Below are positions 1 to 13,126 of a stretch of 64,000 nt of DNA, one piece after another. This DNA comes from Eledone cirrhosa (taxonomy: Eukaryota), in assembly GCA_964016885.1 (NCBI GenBank), contig OZ024746.1, positions 11,346,001 to 11,410,000 of the forward strand, written 5' to 3'. How positions within the stretch are numbered: the first letter of the stretch is position 1; each line of letters begins with the position of its first letter. A model generated the notes under the pieces. That model did no database searches, was not told where the DNA came from, and was given only the letters and a program-made list of their open reading frames with translations. The position numbers and the translations under genes are program-made.

Positions 1-423
1 TTACTGTTTCGGTTGATATTCCTTACGGGTGAATGGACGGAGATTATTTATGATAATTGTTCTGATGCTATGTCGGTACAATGGCAATTACGTAATATGG
101 TGATGATAGTCGCTTCAGAGTTGAAACTACGTAAGACGACGGCTGCAGCCTGATAACGTCCGTCGCCCGCCTTCCAATAATTGGTGTAGGTTTGGTTGTT
201 GTTATACTGGAAGTGTTTGGGTATTGCTTTGAAGGATGTTATCATTTTTACTCTATGTCCGGTGTGGTAATTATCTGGTGATTAAGATTCGGTGCAAGTT
301 TATAGATCACGTTTAGCTAAGTTCGTGGATAGCCGTGGTTTATGGTCGATTTGTTTGCGTTTAAGTTAAGGCAATAAACAGCCATTGTTATATATGTGGG
401 AGAGGGTCTGTCTGTTTGTCTCT

Positions 424-922
424 GTATGTATGCATATACGTGTGTGTGTATATCTATGTATGTATATATGTATGTATATATGTATGTGTGTATCTATGTA
501 TGTATATATATGTATATATGTATGTGTGTATCTATGTATGTATATATGTATGTATGTGTGTATCTATGTATGTATATATGTATGTATGTGTGTATGTGTG
601 TGTGTCTATGTATGTATATATATGTATATATGTATGTATGTACGTACGTACGTATGTATATATGTCTGTATATGTATGTTTGTGTATTATGTATATATGT
701 ATGTCTGTGTATGTATGCATGCATGTATGTATGTATGCATGTATGAGTGTATGTATGTATGTATATATGTACGTATGTATGTACGTATGAATATGTACAT
801 GTGTGCATGTATGTATGTATGCATGTATGCATATATGAGTGCATGTATGTATGTATGTATGTATGTATGTATGTATGTATGTATGTATGTATGTATGTAT
901 GTATGTATGTATGTATGTATAT
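424..922. repeat. (TATG)n/(TG)n compound microsatellite (representative of dozens of TA, TG, TC, TATG and GATA tracts)
   Basis: Read directly. Confidence 0.95.
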
Positions 923-929
923 AGGTATA

Positions 930-1342
930 TCCGGGAGAGATGACCCTTTAGCCTTTGTCAAGGCAGAATTCTAGGAGAAGGAAAACTCTGATATAACACC
1001 TGCAACCCTGATGGTATCCAATGATGTTGACTTGTTCTTCTTTTTGATAAATATCATCTTGGTTAAGAGAATGGGACTGGCTTTGTGCAGTGCCTTTGCT
1101 CACTATAAAAGCTTCACGAAACAGGCATTGCTTTATATCTGGAGATCTCTCTGCACTTGTAATCACATGGTACCATGGGCCCAGCACTATGTGTCAGTAA
1201 TTATCACAAGTGTAGTGCTTGTACCAGAATTTAAGTCGCTGGCTGGACTAAAAAGTCACACTCGTTCAGCGCATCGGTAGGGGTTCTCCTACATGGATAT
1301 AAAGTAGTGGCCGTACTCGAAAACGAGTTGGCAGCCACCATA
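930..1342 (+). mobile_element. 5'-truncated copy of the 28625-29235 element
   Basis: Near-identical to 28820-29235 and flanked by (TATG)n on both sides. Confidence 0.8.
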
Positions 1343-1849
1343 TATGTATGTATGTATGTATGTATGTGTGCATGTGTGCATGTATGTGTCTATTGACAAT
1401 CATTCAGATAAAAGCCCAATACTGTTTAATTGTTGTAACAATCAGACTGCGGATGTTTTCAATAAAAGAAAAACTTTTCTATATGTGTGCAGTCAAACAA
1501 CTTGTCTTACACAGCAATTTATATAAAATATCTTATAAATGACCTTCACGGCACTATGTGATATAACAATATGTATTGGGTACATATGTGTACCTGTTAG
1601 TTGTTCACCTGTTTTGGTCTGTGGATATATATACGTAGATATGTGAAAGTGTGTCAAATTAGGCTGTGAGTGCTACTGGTAACATTTAATTCAGAGTTAC
1701 CCATCACATCTTCGAGCCATCGGCGACTAAACCGGCAGCCATACCAAGTATGCTTGATCAGAATTGCATTTTTTTTACTCCATGCAGGATGAAAAACAAA
1801 GCTTGTCAAAGGGTGAGTGAAATGAGAAAATCGAACGGCCATCCAATAA

Positions 1850-1924
<75 letters not shown>

Positions 1925-2804
1925 GCATATATGTAAATGCTTCTAATCTCTGGCAACCTTACTAAGAGATTGTGTTCATGTAGTGAAGGTTTTCTAGGGT
2001 TTACCGAGTACAAGCACCGAGATTAGTTCGACAAGAATCACACAGCTGCACTCAGATTGCTAGATCAACTACATCTTGTCCACCTGAATTATATGAATGA
2101 CAAGGCCTCGGTATCGGAGAAAGTCGTGTACCACAATGTCAGACAGACTGAGGAAGGATCAGTGGTGGAAAAGTGAGTGGCATTACCTGGAAGGATAAGA
2201 TCACCAACACCGGAACTCTGTGACGATGCAATATCACTTTCATCGAGTTTATCATTATCTGAGCACAGCTGCGCTATGAGCAGCGAGCGTGTCCCCAAGG
2301 CTGTCCTATTCGACCAGCATGGGGCACCGGTCATGTGTAGTGCAAGTGGTATAAAGATGTCCTGAAGTTGTGTCGTATCGATCCAATAACTTAGGAGACA
2401 CATGCCTACAACCGGGCACTGTAATGGAAGATCTGCTACAAATACATTGCTCACTTCGAGAGGGATCATATAGTGTGTGGGGGGGGCGTGTGCGCGTGTG
2501 GGGGGGGGGGTTAAATGAAATCTAGATAAGATAGTTATGTTATCAACTAAGATATTTTTCTATCGAGTTATATTTTATGCATTGTCATATAATATTCCGC
2601 AATGTCAGCTTGTAAGACTTCCAGGAGAGAAGGTATTGTACTCTCATGTCAACTTTAACAATGAAAATCATGCTATTTCCAGCATCTTTCCTTACGATTG
2701 GGTAAATAACAATGATCATTTGTAGTTTATCCAGAAACTTAGAGGATTAAAGTTTGTTGTTGTTTGAGAAGAATTTTTTTCATTTATATGTTTTATCTAG
2801 TAGA

Positions 2805-2893
<89 letters not shown>

Positions 2894-2930
2894 TTACATA
2901 AGTATCAAAGTTATGTTTAAATCATTTAAT

Positions 2931-2977
2931 CGCTGACAATTGTTTCTTCCAAACTTAAGCTTAGAGTCCTCGGAGCA
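2931..2977 (-). ncRNA. Variant-core hammerhead-like motif
   Basis: Minus strand reads UGCU-CCGAGGA-C UCUAAGC uuaa GUUUGGA A-GAAA-C AAUU GUC-AGCG. Same family as 22629. Confidence 0.55.
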
Positions 2978-3148
2978 CTATCAATGTTTGTACATATAAT
3001 TAACCTCCTATATATATATATATATTTATTTTGTACATATAATTAACCTCCTATATATATATATTTATTTTGTACATATAATTAACTTCCTATATATATA
3101 TATATTTGTTTTGCGAGGTTTTTGATATGAAATCGTGTGTCGAAACAA

Positions 3149-3267
3149 ATATTGTTATACTTGGGGAGGGTCATATTGTTGTAATAATATTGCCAGAACA
3201 GTGAGTGTGTGCTGTTATTATATCTTTCTGGCAATATTATTACAACAATATGACCCTCCCCAAGTAT

Positions 3268-3275
<8 letters not shown>
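3149..3275. repeat. Perfect inverted repeat, 50-bp arms and 27-nt spacer, abutting (TA)n
   Basis: 3149-3198 is the reverse complement of 3226-3275. A related single arm is at about 59347-59412. Confidence 0.92.
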
Positions 3276-3349
<74 letters not shown>

Positions 3350-5048
3350 TAACCTCAACAAAGACGGGGAGATAATGTAGTCTCGATAACGGGAAACGTG
3401 TTTTATTACTTCCCCCTGTTTTTGCTTAGGCTGAGTGTATGACGATGATCACAACCTTAAGAATTCATAGCGAAAACGCCTTCAAATATTTTTCATAATC
3501 ATCTCGTATATTATTCAATGTACAATACGTACATTTATATGTATATGGCTGTCGGAACAGCAATACAAATTTATATATATGTGTAATTGTAAAGTACGAG
3601 TGTATTTTTGTAGGTGTATATATATTTGCGTGTGGTGTGTGTGTATTCATGAAGTATGTGTTAATCCTCATTCTTACATTTTTAAAGACCTTCCGTAAAA
3701 TATCATCGTCTACCTTTGTTAGTAAAAGATGCAATATGTTCATTCTTATGAATGCATTGATAACTATGTACTTCCCCCGTAAGCTATTATATCTTAATCA
3801 TAGAATTTTAACTAGAGAAAATACCAGAAAATGTGTACAAAACCTACATTGACAAGCTTCTCAAGCTTCTGTAAATGGCAACAAAATCATTATATACGAA
3901 ACATCATAACAACTATACTGAACCACGAATGAAAAAGTCAAGAAAAATGAACAGTAGAGTTTCTGTTCAAAATGCTTGACTTCTTAACGTTTGTATATAT
4001 AATTTATTACCAGATTCTTTCAATGGAATGTCTATTAAAGTCAATGGAATGATTATTCCGGCTAGTTCAATGGCGAACCATCTAACAGCCAAAAAAAAAT
4101 TCTGTTGGAGGTTGAGAGAAAGAGCCCATTATATCTATCCAACTACATGGCTGATATTCTATCCAACGAGAAATGCTCACAAACACAACCAAAAATGTTC
4201 AGCATTTACAATATGTAATAATTGTTTCTACTTTTGACACAAGGCCAGCAATTACCCCAGTGTATTACTGGTACTTTATTTTATCGACCACGTAAGGATG
4301 AAAGGCAAATTTAACCTCAGCGGGATTTGAACTCAGACCATAAAGGACCGTAACTCGTTACCGATACTGCCAATCCACAATATTCTGGGACCAACAATTC
4401 TTAACATTCTGTGTTCAAATCTCGCCAGGATCAACTTTGCCTTTTATCTTTCCAAATTATGTTGTTGTTGTTGTTATTGTTGCTGTGTATGTTATTAATA
4501 TCGTTGTTGTTGTTGTGTGTTATTAATGTTGTTGTTGTTATTGTTGCTGTGTATGTTATTGTTGTTGTTGTTATAACCAAATATACTACTGTCCACTGAC
4601 ATGAAAAATGTGTGAATGTTAGCAGCTTTCAGAATACAATTCTCTGTAGTACACAATCTTTGGCAGGCGATGGTCTGCCATTTTAGTGACATGCTCTACA
4701 TAGAGCAGCTGTGTCTTCATAAGAGCAGCCGATATTGGTGTTGTTGATTCTCTCCAGGACCACAATATAATAAAACACAAAATATTTACTGTTTTACGTC
4801 GATTATTATTGGTTCCTGATGTTAACTTTGCCTTTTATCCCTACGGAGTCGATAAAATAAAAGCACCAGTAATGCACTGTGATCGATTTAATTGCCTTTT
4901 CCCCTCCCCAAAATTGCTGGTCTTGTACCTAAATCAGAAACCATTATTGTTACTTCCTTCCAGTTCCCTGTGGCTCAATTATCTCCCATCAATCCTCACT
5001 TACGTAACACTGCCAGGGACTACACGTAACTACGTCTGCACAACCTGC

Positions 5049-5115
<67 letters not shown>

Positions 5116-5357
5116 CTGTGCGTGTGTATGTGTCTGTGTGTGTGTGTATTGGGTTTCCTATTATCTTTAGGGTATCTGCATAAATGTGTGTGTGTGTGTG
5201 TATGTGAGTGTATGTGTATGTATGTGTATATGTATCTTCACCGATAAACTACGGTGACTCAACGAGTTAGAGTTTCATGTCATTACACTCATTTTATTAA
5301 TGTATTGTCACGAAACTCTAGTTCTTCAGTCACCCTAGCTTCTAGGCTTATAAATAA

Positions 5358-5445
<88 letters not shown>

Positions 5446-5723
5446 ACGTGTGTGTGTGTGTACATGTGTGTGTGGAGGTGCGTGGAGGTGCCTTTATGTA
5501 GGTGTGTGTGTAGAGTGAGAGAGAGAAATGCGTATGTGGAAGTGCATTTGTGTGCCTGTATGTGTGGAGATGCGTGTGTTTGTGTGTGTGTGAAGGTGTG
5601 TGTCTGTGTAAAGGTGTGTGTGTGAAGGTGCATGTGTGAAGGAGTGTGTGTGACTACCCATTTTTGCTTTTAATTCAACATATCTAATGACGGCGCCTCA
5701 GCCTATCGACTGGGACACGTAAT

Positions 5724-7054
5724 ATAGTGTAACACAGTAACAGTGTAACACAGTAACAGTGTAACACAGTAACAGTGTAACACAGTAACAGTGTAACACA
5801 GTAACAGTGTAACACAGTAACAGTGTAACACAATAACAGTGTAACACAGTAACAGTGTATCACAGTAACAGTGTAACACAGTAATAGTGTAACAGTAACG
5901 GTGTAACACAGTAATAGTGTAACACAGTAACAGTGTAACGCAGTAACAGTGTAACACAGTAACAGTGTAACACAGTAACAGTGGAACACAGTAACAGTGT
6001 AACTCAGTAACAGTGTAACGCAGTAACAGTAACACAGTAACAGTGTAACACAGTAACAGTAACACAGTAACAGTAACACAGTAACAGTGTAACACAGTAA
6101 CAGTAACACAGTAACAGTAACACAGTAAAAGTGTAACACGGTAACAGTGTAACACAGTAGCAGTGTAACACAGTTGTAGTGTAACACAGTAACAGTGTAA
6201 CACAGTTATAGTGTAACACAGTAACAGTGTAACACCGTAACAGTGTAACGCAGTAACAGTAACACAGTAACAGTGTAACACAGTAACAGTGTAACACAGT
6301 AACAGTGTAACTCAGTTATAGTGTAACACAGTAACAGTGTAACACAGTACTATAGTGTAACACAATAACAGTGTAACACAGTACTATAGTGTAACATAGT
6401 AACAGTGTAACACAGTAACAGTGTAACACAGTAACAGTGTAACACAGTAACGGTGTAACTCAGTTATAGTGTAACACAGTAACAGTGTAACACAGTAACA
6501 GTGTAACACAGTACTATAGTGTAACACAGTAACAGTGTAACACAGTACTATAGTGTAACATAGTAACAGTGTAACACAGTAACAGTGTAACACAGTAACA
6601 GTGTAACACAGTAACAGTGTAACACAGTAACAGTGTAACACGGTAACAGTGTAACACAGTAACAGTGTAACGCAGTTATAGTGTAACACAGTAACAGTGT
6701 AACACAGTACTATAGTGTAACACAATAACAGTGTAACACAGTAACAGTGTAACACAGTAACAGTGTAACACAGTAACAGTGTAACACAGTAACAGTGTAA
6801 CACAGTAACAGTGTAACACAGTACTATAGTGTAACATAGTAACAGTGTAACACGGTACTATAGTGTAACATTGTAACAGTGTAACACAGTACTATAGTGT
6901 AACACAGTAACAGTGTAACACAGTAACAGTGTAACACGGTAACAGTGTAACACAGTAACAGTGTAACACAGTAACAGTGTAACACAGTAACAGTGTAACA
7001 CAGTAACAGTGTAACACAGTAACAGTGTAACACAGTAACAGTGTAACACAGTAC
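5724..7054. repeat. 16-bp minisatellite (GTGTAACACAGTAACA)n, about 80 units
   Basis: Read directly, with variant units (GTAACACAGTAACA and TACTATA). Confidence 0.97.
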
Positions 7055-7116
7055 TAAGACATGACAAGCTGTATTAATGTGTCAACCTCACATCTGGCGA
7101 AAAATATGAACATATA

Positions 7117-7196
7117 CAGGGTGTCCCTCAAAAATGTATATACACACACTGATTAGATTGCTGTTGAAGTGTGTATACATTTTGGGTGTCACCCTG
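7117..7196. mobile_element. 80-bp Tc1/mariner-type MITE
   Basis: TA-CAGGGTGTC...AAAATGTATA / TATACATTTT...GTCACCCTG-TA. Confidence 0.7.
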
Positions 7197-7909
7197 TACA
7201 TACTTTTATGTAAGCGTAGGTTCTTATAAATATTATGTGTGTGTGTTTATGTATATTTCTATCTGTGTGTGTTTATGTATATATCTGTCTGTCTGTGTGC
7301 CTTTATGTTTATATATGTGTGTGTGAGAGAGAGAGTGTGTGTGTGTATGAGTGTGAGAGAGGGGGTTCGTATTTATGTATCTGTCTGTCAGTGTGTGAGA
7401 GAGAGAAAGAGTGTTTGTGTGTTTGTCAGTATGTTTGTCCGTGTGTGTGTGGGCATGTGGCTATTTGAAAGTGTGTGTGTCTGTGTGTGTATGTGTATGT
7501 GTGAGTGTGTGTGTGTGTGTCTGTGTGTGTATGTGTATGTGTGAGTGTGTGTGTGTATGTGTGGGGAGGGGCTGCTATACACCATTGATATGTAGGCAGA
7601 TAGGCGTATTTGTGCGACGAGATAGGAAATTAAGTAGGCTTCAACGTTATGTATATAGGTGTGTAACATTCTCTTAGCTGGAGGTTAATGACAAAACCTA
7701 GCGTCTCGTTAAACGTGATAGTTTGATATCAGAATTTTAAATGAAATTATGTCAGTCGCCTGAACAGTAGTAATCAGTCTGTATTATGATATACAACAGT
7801 CAAGACATGACATAGCTGTCATAGTAGAGGACAACGTCAGCTTGGCCGAGGAGGCGGAATATATGACACACATAATAGATAGATAGGTAGGTAGATAGGT
7901 AGATAGATA

Positions 7910-8483
7910 TATTTCTTTATTTGCCACAAGGGTGCACAAGAAAAGGGGACAATACAAAGACACATGCCGGGGATTTTACATACAGTCGGGTAAAAATATT
8001 ATTAAAACAAACAAATTTAACAATCGAAATCCCCAATAGGGGGGAGGCGTTACAAATGGGTTGTTTAATACCCCGTCGATAGAACAACCCTCAACTTCAA
8101 GAGCATGTTGTGCAAGTGCTGCTTTCTTCCTTTTGCTCTCTTCTTCAACCTACAGGTTTATGTACAAGAAGGCCCAATCACTCGGGCCATTTTTGCTACA
8201 TTCACCCACCTTTCAATAAATTTACTGGGTGGGGTGCAGTGCCTCTCTCTCCACTTTGATTCTCCTTCTAAAGTGATACTTAAAGAAGGGAATGAGTTGT
8301 TGTCCGGAGAGAAAGGCATCTGTCCTCAGTCCTCTCAATCTCGTCCACCATATAACCTCTTTCACCATAGCCACTGTACAGAGGAAAACCGCCTCTCTTT
8401 CGTTTTTGAAAGAGGTTGGCGGTTTGATCCTTACTATGGACTCGGCAGTCAACTGGATTTGTCCCATATGATAGAGAGGTAGG

Positions 8484-8533
<50 letters not shown>

Positions 8534-9051
8534 TGTTTCTTTATTAGCCACAGGGGCACAAAAGAAGGGGACAAATACAAAGGGGGAAGTTTACATACAA
8601 TAAAAACGTGTAAAATATTATTACAAATGCAATTTAAAAATTAGTCGATGTTCCCCAATAGGGGGAGACAGTTCATATGGGTAACACATACCCCCGAAAA
8701 AAAATGTGCAACCCTCATCTCCAGGAGTACGAAGAGTTTGTACTCCTTTCCTCTCCTCCTCCTTTTCCTCAACCTACAGGCTGATATAGAGAGAAGGCCC
8801 ATTCACTCGGGCCATTCTCGCCACTTTCACCCACCTTTCATAAAACTTGCTGGGGTACAGCACCTCTCTCTCCATCCTGATTCTTCTTCCAAAGTGGTAT
8901 TTGAAAAAAAAGAATCAGTTGTTGGCCGGAGAGAAAGGTGTCTGACCTCAGCCCGTTCAACCTTGTCCACCATACAACCTTTTTCGCCATAGCTATCACA
9001 CAAAGGAAAACCGCCTCTCCTTCGTTTTTGAAAGAGGGTGGCGGTTTGATC

Positions 9052-9088
<37 letters not shown>

Positions 9089-9232
9089 GAGGTAGATAGA
9101 TATCTTTCTTTATTTGCCACGAGGGCGTACAAAAATGGTACATTCCAAGACGTACGGCGGGGATTTTACATAAAATCAGATAGATAGATAGATAGATAGA
9201 TTTCTTTATTAGCCACAAGGGCGCACAAGAAT
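7910..9232 (-). mobile_element. Four tandem 3'-end fragments of a Tx1/L1-like LINE separated by (GATA)n
   Basis: TTTCTTTATT(T/A)GCCAC follows (GATA)n at about 7912, 8536, 9104 and 9201. The two long copies encode a similar peptide (VFLC..AM.K.V.WWTRL.GLR.D.FLSGQQLI.FF). The clade assignment is inference. Confidence 0.65.
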
Positions 9233-9779
9233 AAATATATAGATAGATAAATAGATGGATGGATGGACACACAGACAGATTAATATATATACATACATAC
9301 ATTATCTTAGGTTGATATCAACAGAGCTTCAATCTCCCTTCTTAGATCACTGTGGGAGAGTCAAGACCTTTTAATCATTAACTCAAGCATTTGTCGCTCA
9401 AATTGGTCATGCAATGTTTTTCCAGCTACTCTCGGGTTCCAAATAATAGAAGAATAAGCGGGTGGGGTGGACATTTGCTTAAATTCTTATAAGTGTGGGG
9501 GGGGGGTATAGTGTACGTTTGAAAATATGGGATTTCTTGTAATGTTCTTTTTTTGTCAAATAAATTTATTTAGATTCTCCAGCTGCTGTATCGATATGAA
9601 TCACTTACAATAAAATTTCGCCGGAGATAGATTAGCAAGATGTAATAAACGTGGGGATGGGATGGGGTGGAATAAAACTGGGGATGGTTGGAAAAAATCT
9701 GAAAAATTAAAAAGCGGGGTGAGGGACGATTATTCAAGACCTGAAATACAACATGCATGCCCGTCACTTTCGGGGGTGT

Positions 9780-10862
9780 AGAACCCCTTGTAGTGTCGTC
9801 ATTTCCATGGTCTTTCTACCAAGCTCCTTAAGTCCATCACATCTCCACTCTATCACACCAGTGCTATACTTTAGCACTGCAGCAGCCCATGTGTATCTTA
9901 TTCCTATCACTTAACTTCGTCTTTAACACTAACTTCAGTCTCCATTTATATTCCTTTGATAATAGTTCTTACATTTCTTTCTCTTTCATTTGGTATGTTT
10001 CCAAGATACCTAAGTACTTATACCCGTTGTCGATAATTTCCTTCATAACTTGTCCATCTGGTAATTCAATTCCTTCCATCTTATTTATTCTACCTCACTT
10101 CAGTAGTAGCACCACACACTTTTTTATACCAAATTCCATTCCTATGTCTGTACTGAATGTATGAACTGTCTGTACAAGGGAATCAATATGTTCATAGGAT
10201 TTTCCCATAAAGTTTTAGGTCATCCATGAACAGCAGGTGGTTTATTTTAAACTCACATCCCCACTTGTACCCAACCTTTGACCTTCTCAACACCAATTAA
10301 AGTGCAATCATACACTACAAACAGCAAAGGTGAAAGACTGTCTCCCTGAAATATTCCTCTCTTGATCTTCACAACTTCCAATGTCTGTCAACATGATGTC
10401 AACTCAGTCTTCCAACCATCCATACAGCTCACCAGAAACTGTCTAACGTTAACTGTAATACCAAACACTCCAGATATCACTCCAAAACTTCTTACTTTCA
10501 TCCACATCAGGAATTACACCATTTACCTCCTGATAGAATCTCTTCTGATGTTGTTGGAAACTTACATTCTGTTTATACTATGTGATCCGTTGTTCACACC
10601 TCAATCTTTACAGCTTTGACAAGTACTCTTTATTTCAACTCATCAATTACAATAATAATTTTCTTTCTTCTGATATTGTACTTCCCTGTAAGTTGTTCAA
10701 TCTTTCTCCTTTTTTTAAATTCACCTCGTTTCCCCCGTTCCAGAATATTGATATTTTCCCTAAGCATTTTGATGTCCCCATCAATTCTCCTTTTCCCTGC
10801 TTTTGTGTAGTCTGTTTCAGACCTAATTCTTTAGCAATGTAGATACTTGCAGCGCTGATCAG
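9780..10862 (-). mobile_element. Decayed non-LTR retrotransposon RT fragment, R2/R4(Dong)-like
   Basis: Minus-strand translation gives VKIKRGIFQGDSLSPLLFV, KINHLLFMDDLK, GMEFGIKKC and KYLGILE, with stops and frameshifts. It abuts (TAA)n at 10864-10897. Confidence 0.8.
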
Positions 10863-10897
<35 letters not shown>

Positions 10898-11240
10898 TGT
10901 TTCTACTTTAGGCACAAGGCCAGCAATTACCCAGAGCATTACTGGTACTTTATTTTATCGACCCCGTAAGGATGAAAGGCAAAGTTAACCTCGGCGGGAT
11001 TTGACTCAGACCACAAAGGGCCGTAACTCTTTGCTGCAAAGCATGGCGTCCGACCCTCTACCGATACTGCCAAGCCGATGTAGGATACATTTATATTTTG
11101 TTTTACATGGGTGTCAGATAGAATGTTTCGCAGTATTCGTTCCAGCTTTCTGCTCTCTATGTTAACTCCTACCAAAGTCAACTGTGCCTTTCATTCTTTC
11201 GAAGTCGATAAAGACAGATCACTTCTTCTTCTTCTTCTTC

Positions 11241-11302
<62 letters not shown>

Positions 11303-11584
11303 CTCTCTCGTTCTGGCGAAGTCGGCTCTACTCAGATCCGGAAAGGCATGGACCCCGCGAAATTTAAATGCCTCAGACACGCTGTCTATGAATATCTAAA
11401 GAGTCCCTGCTACTGAAACGGGAGTTAAGGCCCCCTACAGTCAGAAAGGTCCCTCATGCCACACACATCAAAGCAATATTCCTAGCTAGGTGAGCCTATT
11501 CTCAGCTAGTGAATATCTACTAACAAATCAACACATTACATACAATCTTTATGATTCATTCGTTTCATTCTTTTGCAAGAACTC

Positions 11585-11880
11585 GTCTGTCTATATACGT
11601 GTGTGTTAGTCTGTCTGTATATGTGTTAGTGTGTCTGTATATGTCTGTCTATATACGTGTGTGTTAGTCTGTCTGTATATGTGTTAGTGTGTCTGTATAT
11701 GTCTGTCTATATACGTGTGTGTTAGTCTGTCTGTATATGTGTTAGTGTGTCTGTATATGTCTGTCTATATACGTGTGTGTTAGTCTATCTGTATATGTGT
11801 TAGTGTGTCTGTATATGTCTGTCTATATACGTGTGTGTTAGTCTGTCTGTATATGTGTTAGTGTGTCTGTATATGTCTGT
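11585..11880. repeat. 58-bp tandem repeat x5 decaying into TG/TA simple sequence (to about 12395)
   Basis: Units start at 11585, 11643, 11701, 11759 and 11817. Confidence 0.9.
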
Positions 11881-12086
11881 CTTATGTCTGTGTATGTGTG
11901 TTAGCGTCTATATATATATTAGTGTGTCTATATACGTGTTAGTATGTCTGTATATATTAGTGTGTCTGTGTATGTGTTGGTGTGTCTGTTTATGTGTGTT
12001 AGTCTGTATGTATATATATGTTTGTATGTATATGTTTGTATGTATATATGTTTGTCTGCTTGTATATATGTATTTGTCTGTATTTA

Positions 12087-12127
<41 letters not shown>

Positions 12128-13087
12128 CTGTATATATGTTTCTATGTATGTATGTACATGTCTATGTGTCTGTGTATGTGTCTGTATGTCTGTATATGTC
12201 TGTGTGTCTGTATATATATATGTATGTCTGTATATGTCTGTGTGTCTGTATATATATATGTATGTCTGTATATGTCTGTGTGTCTGTATATATGTATGTA
12301 TGTCTGTGTGTCTGTATATGTGTCAGTATGTGTGTATATATGTATGTATGTCTATATATGTATGTGTGTCTGTATATATGTGTCAGTATGTGTGTGCGGG
12401 CGTTTGTTGTTGTTACTGTTTATATACAGAAATGGTTTGTAATATATTCAAAACTACATTTTGACATTGGATGGTATAATATGACAAGTTGTGTGTTATT
12501 ATGGTGGGGTGGGGGTATGGTGGTGGGGGGGGGGGGGTTACAATGGTGGTGGTGATGAGAAAAAAAAGTGAATTGACAAAGTGAAGAAAAGATTGTCCTT
12601 GTGTGTGTGTGCAGTACGAAAGAAAACACACACACGCACACACACACACACACGTTTGTGTGTCTGTGGCAATGTCCGTAGGTGTGAAAAGGAGAAAGAA
12701 AAACAGTGCTCAATCCAATCAACAAGAGAGCAGAACTATTATATTATTTATTTATGTTCACGGAACAAAGACGCCACCCAAGATTTCAACGACCAAATTT
12801 GATCATTCCTCCAAAAATCAAAAGGCATCGAATTAGTGACCTTTCTTCAGGTGCTTAAACTTGAAGAAAGGTCACTAATATATAGGTCTGTGTATGTATT
12901 ATTACTATATAAATATATATATTCGAACTACCTACCTGATGAAAATGTATGGAATAATTGTTGAATAACAATCTTTTTGTACCTTCGAAATGTGCATAAC
13001 AGGAAGACATATTGGAATAAAACTATATTCAGTATGTGATACCGTCTCTCTACCTTTGTTAATACACACACACACACACACATACAC

Positions 13088-13126
<39 letters not shown>

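Noticed and set aside
1-380. Possible coding fragment at the window start (also 2050-2470)
   Set aside because: Short, with no motif I can recognise. Probably TE debris.
385-7700. Many MYVC, HTYI, CV and LHCYCV ORFs here and throughout the window
   Set aside because: They are translations of micro- and minisatellites.
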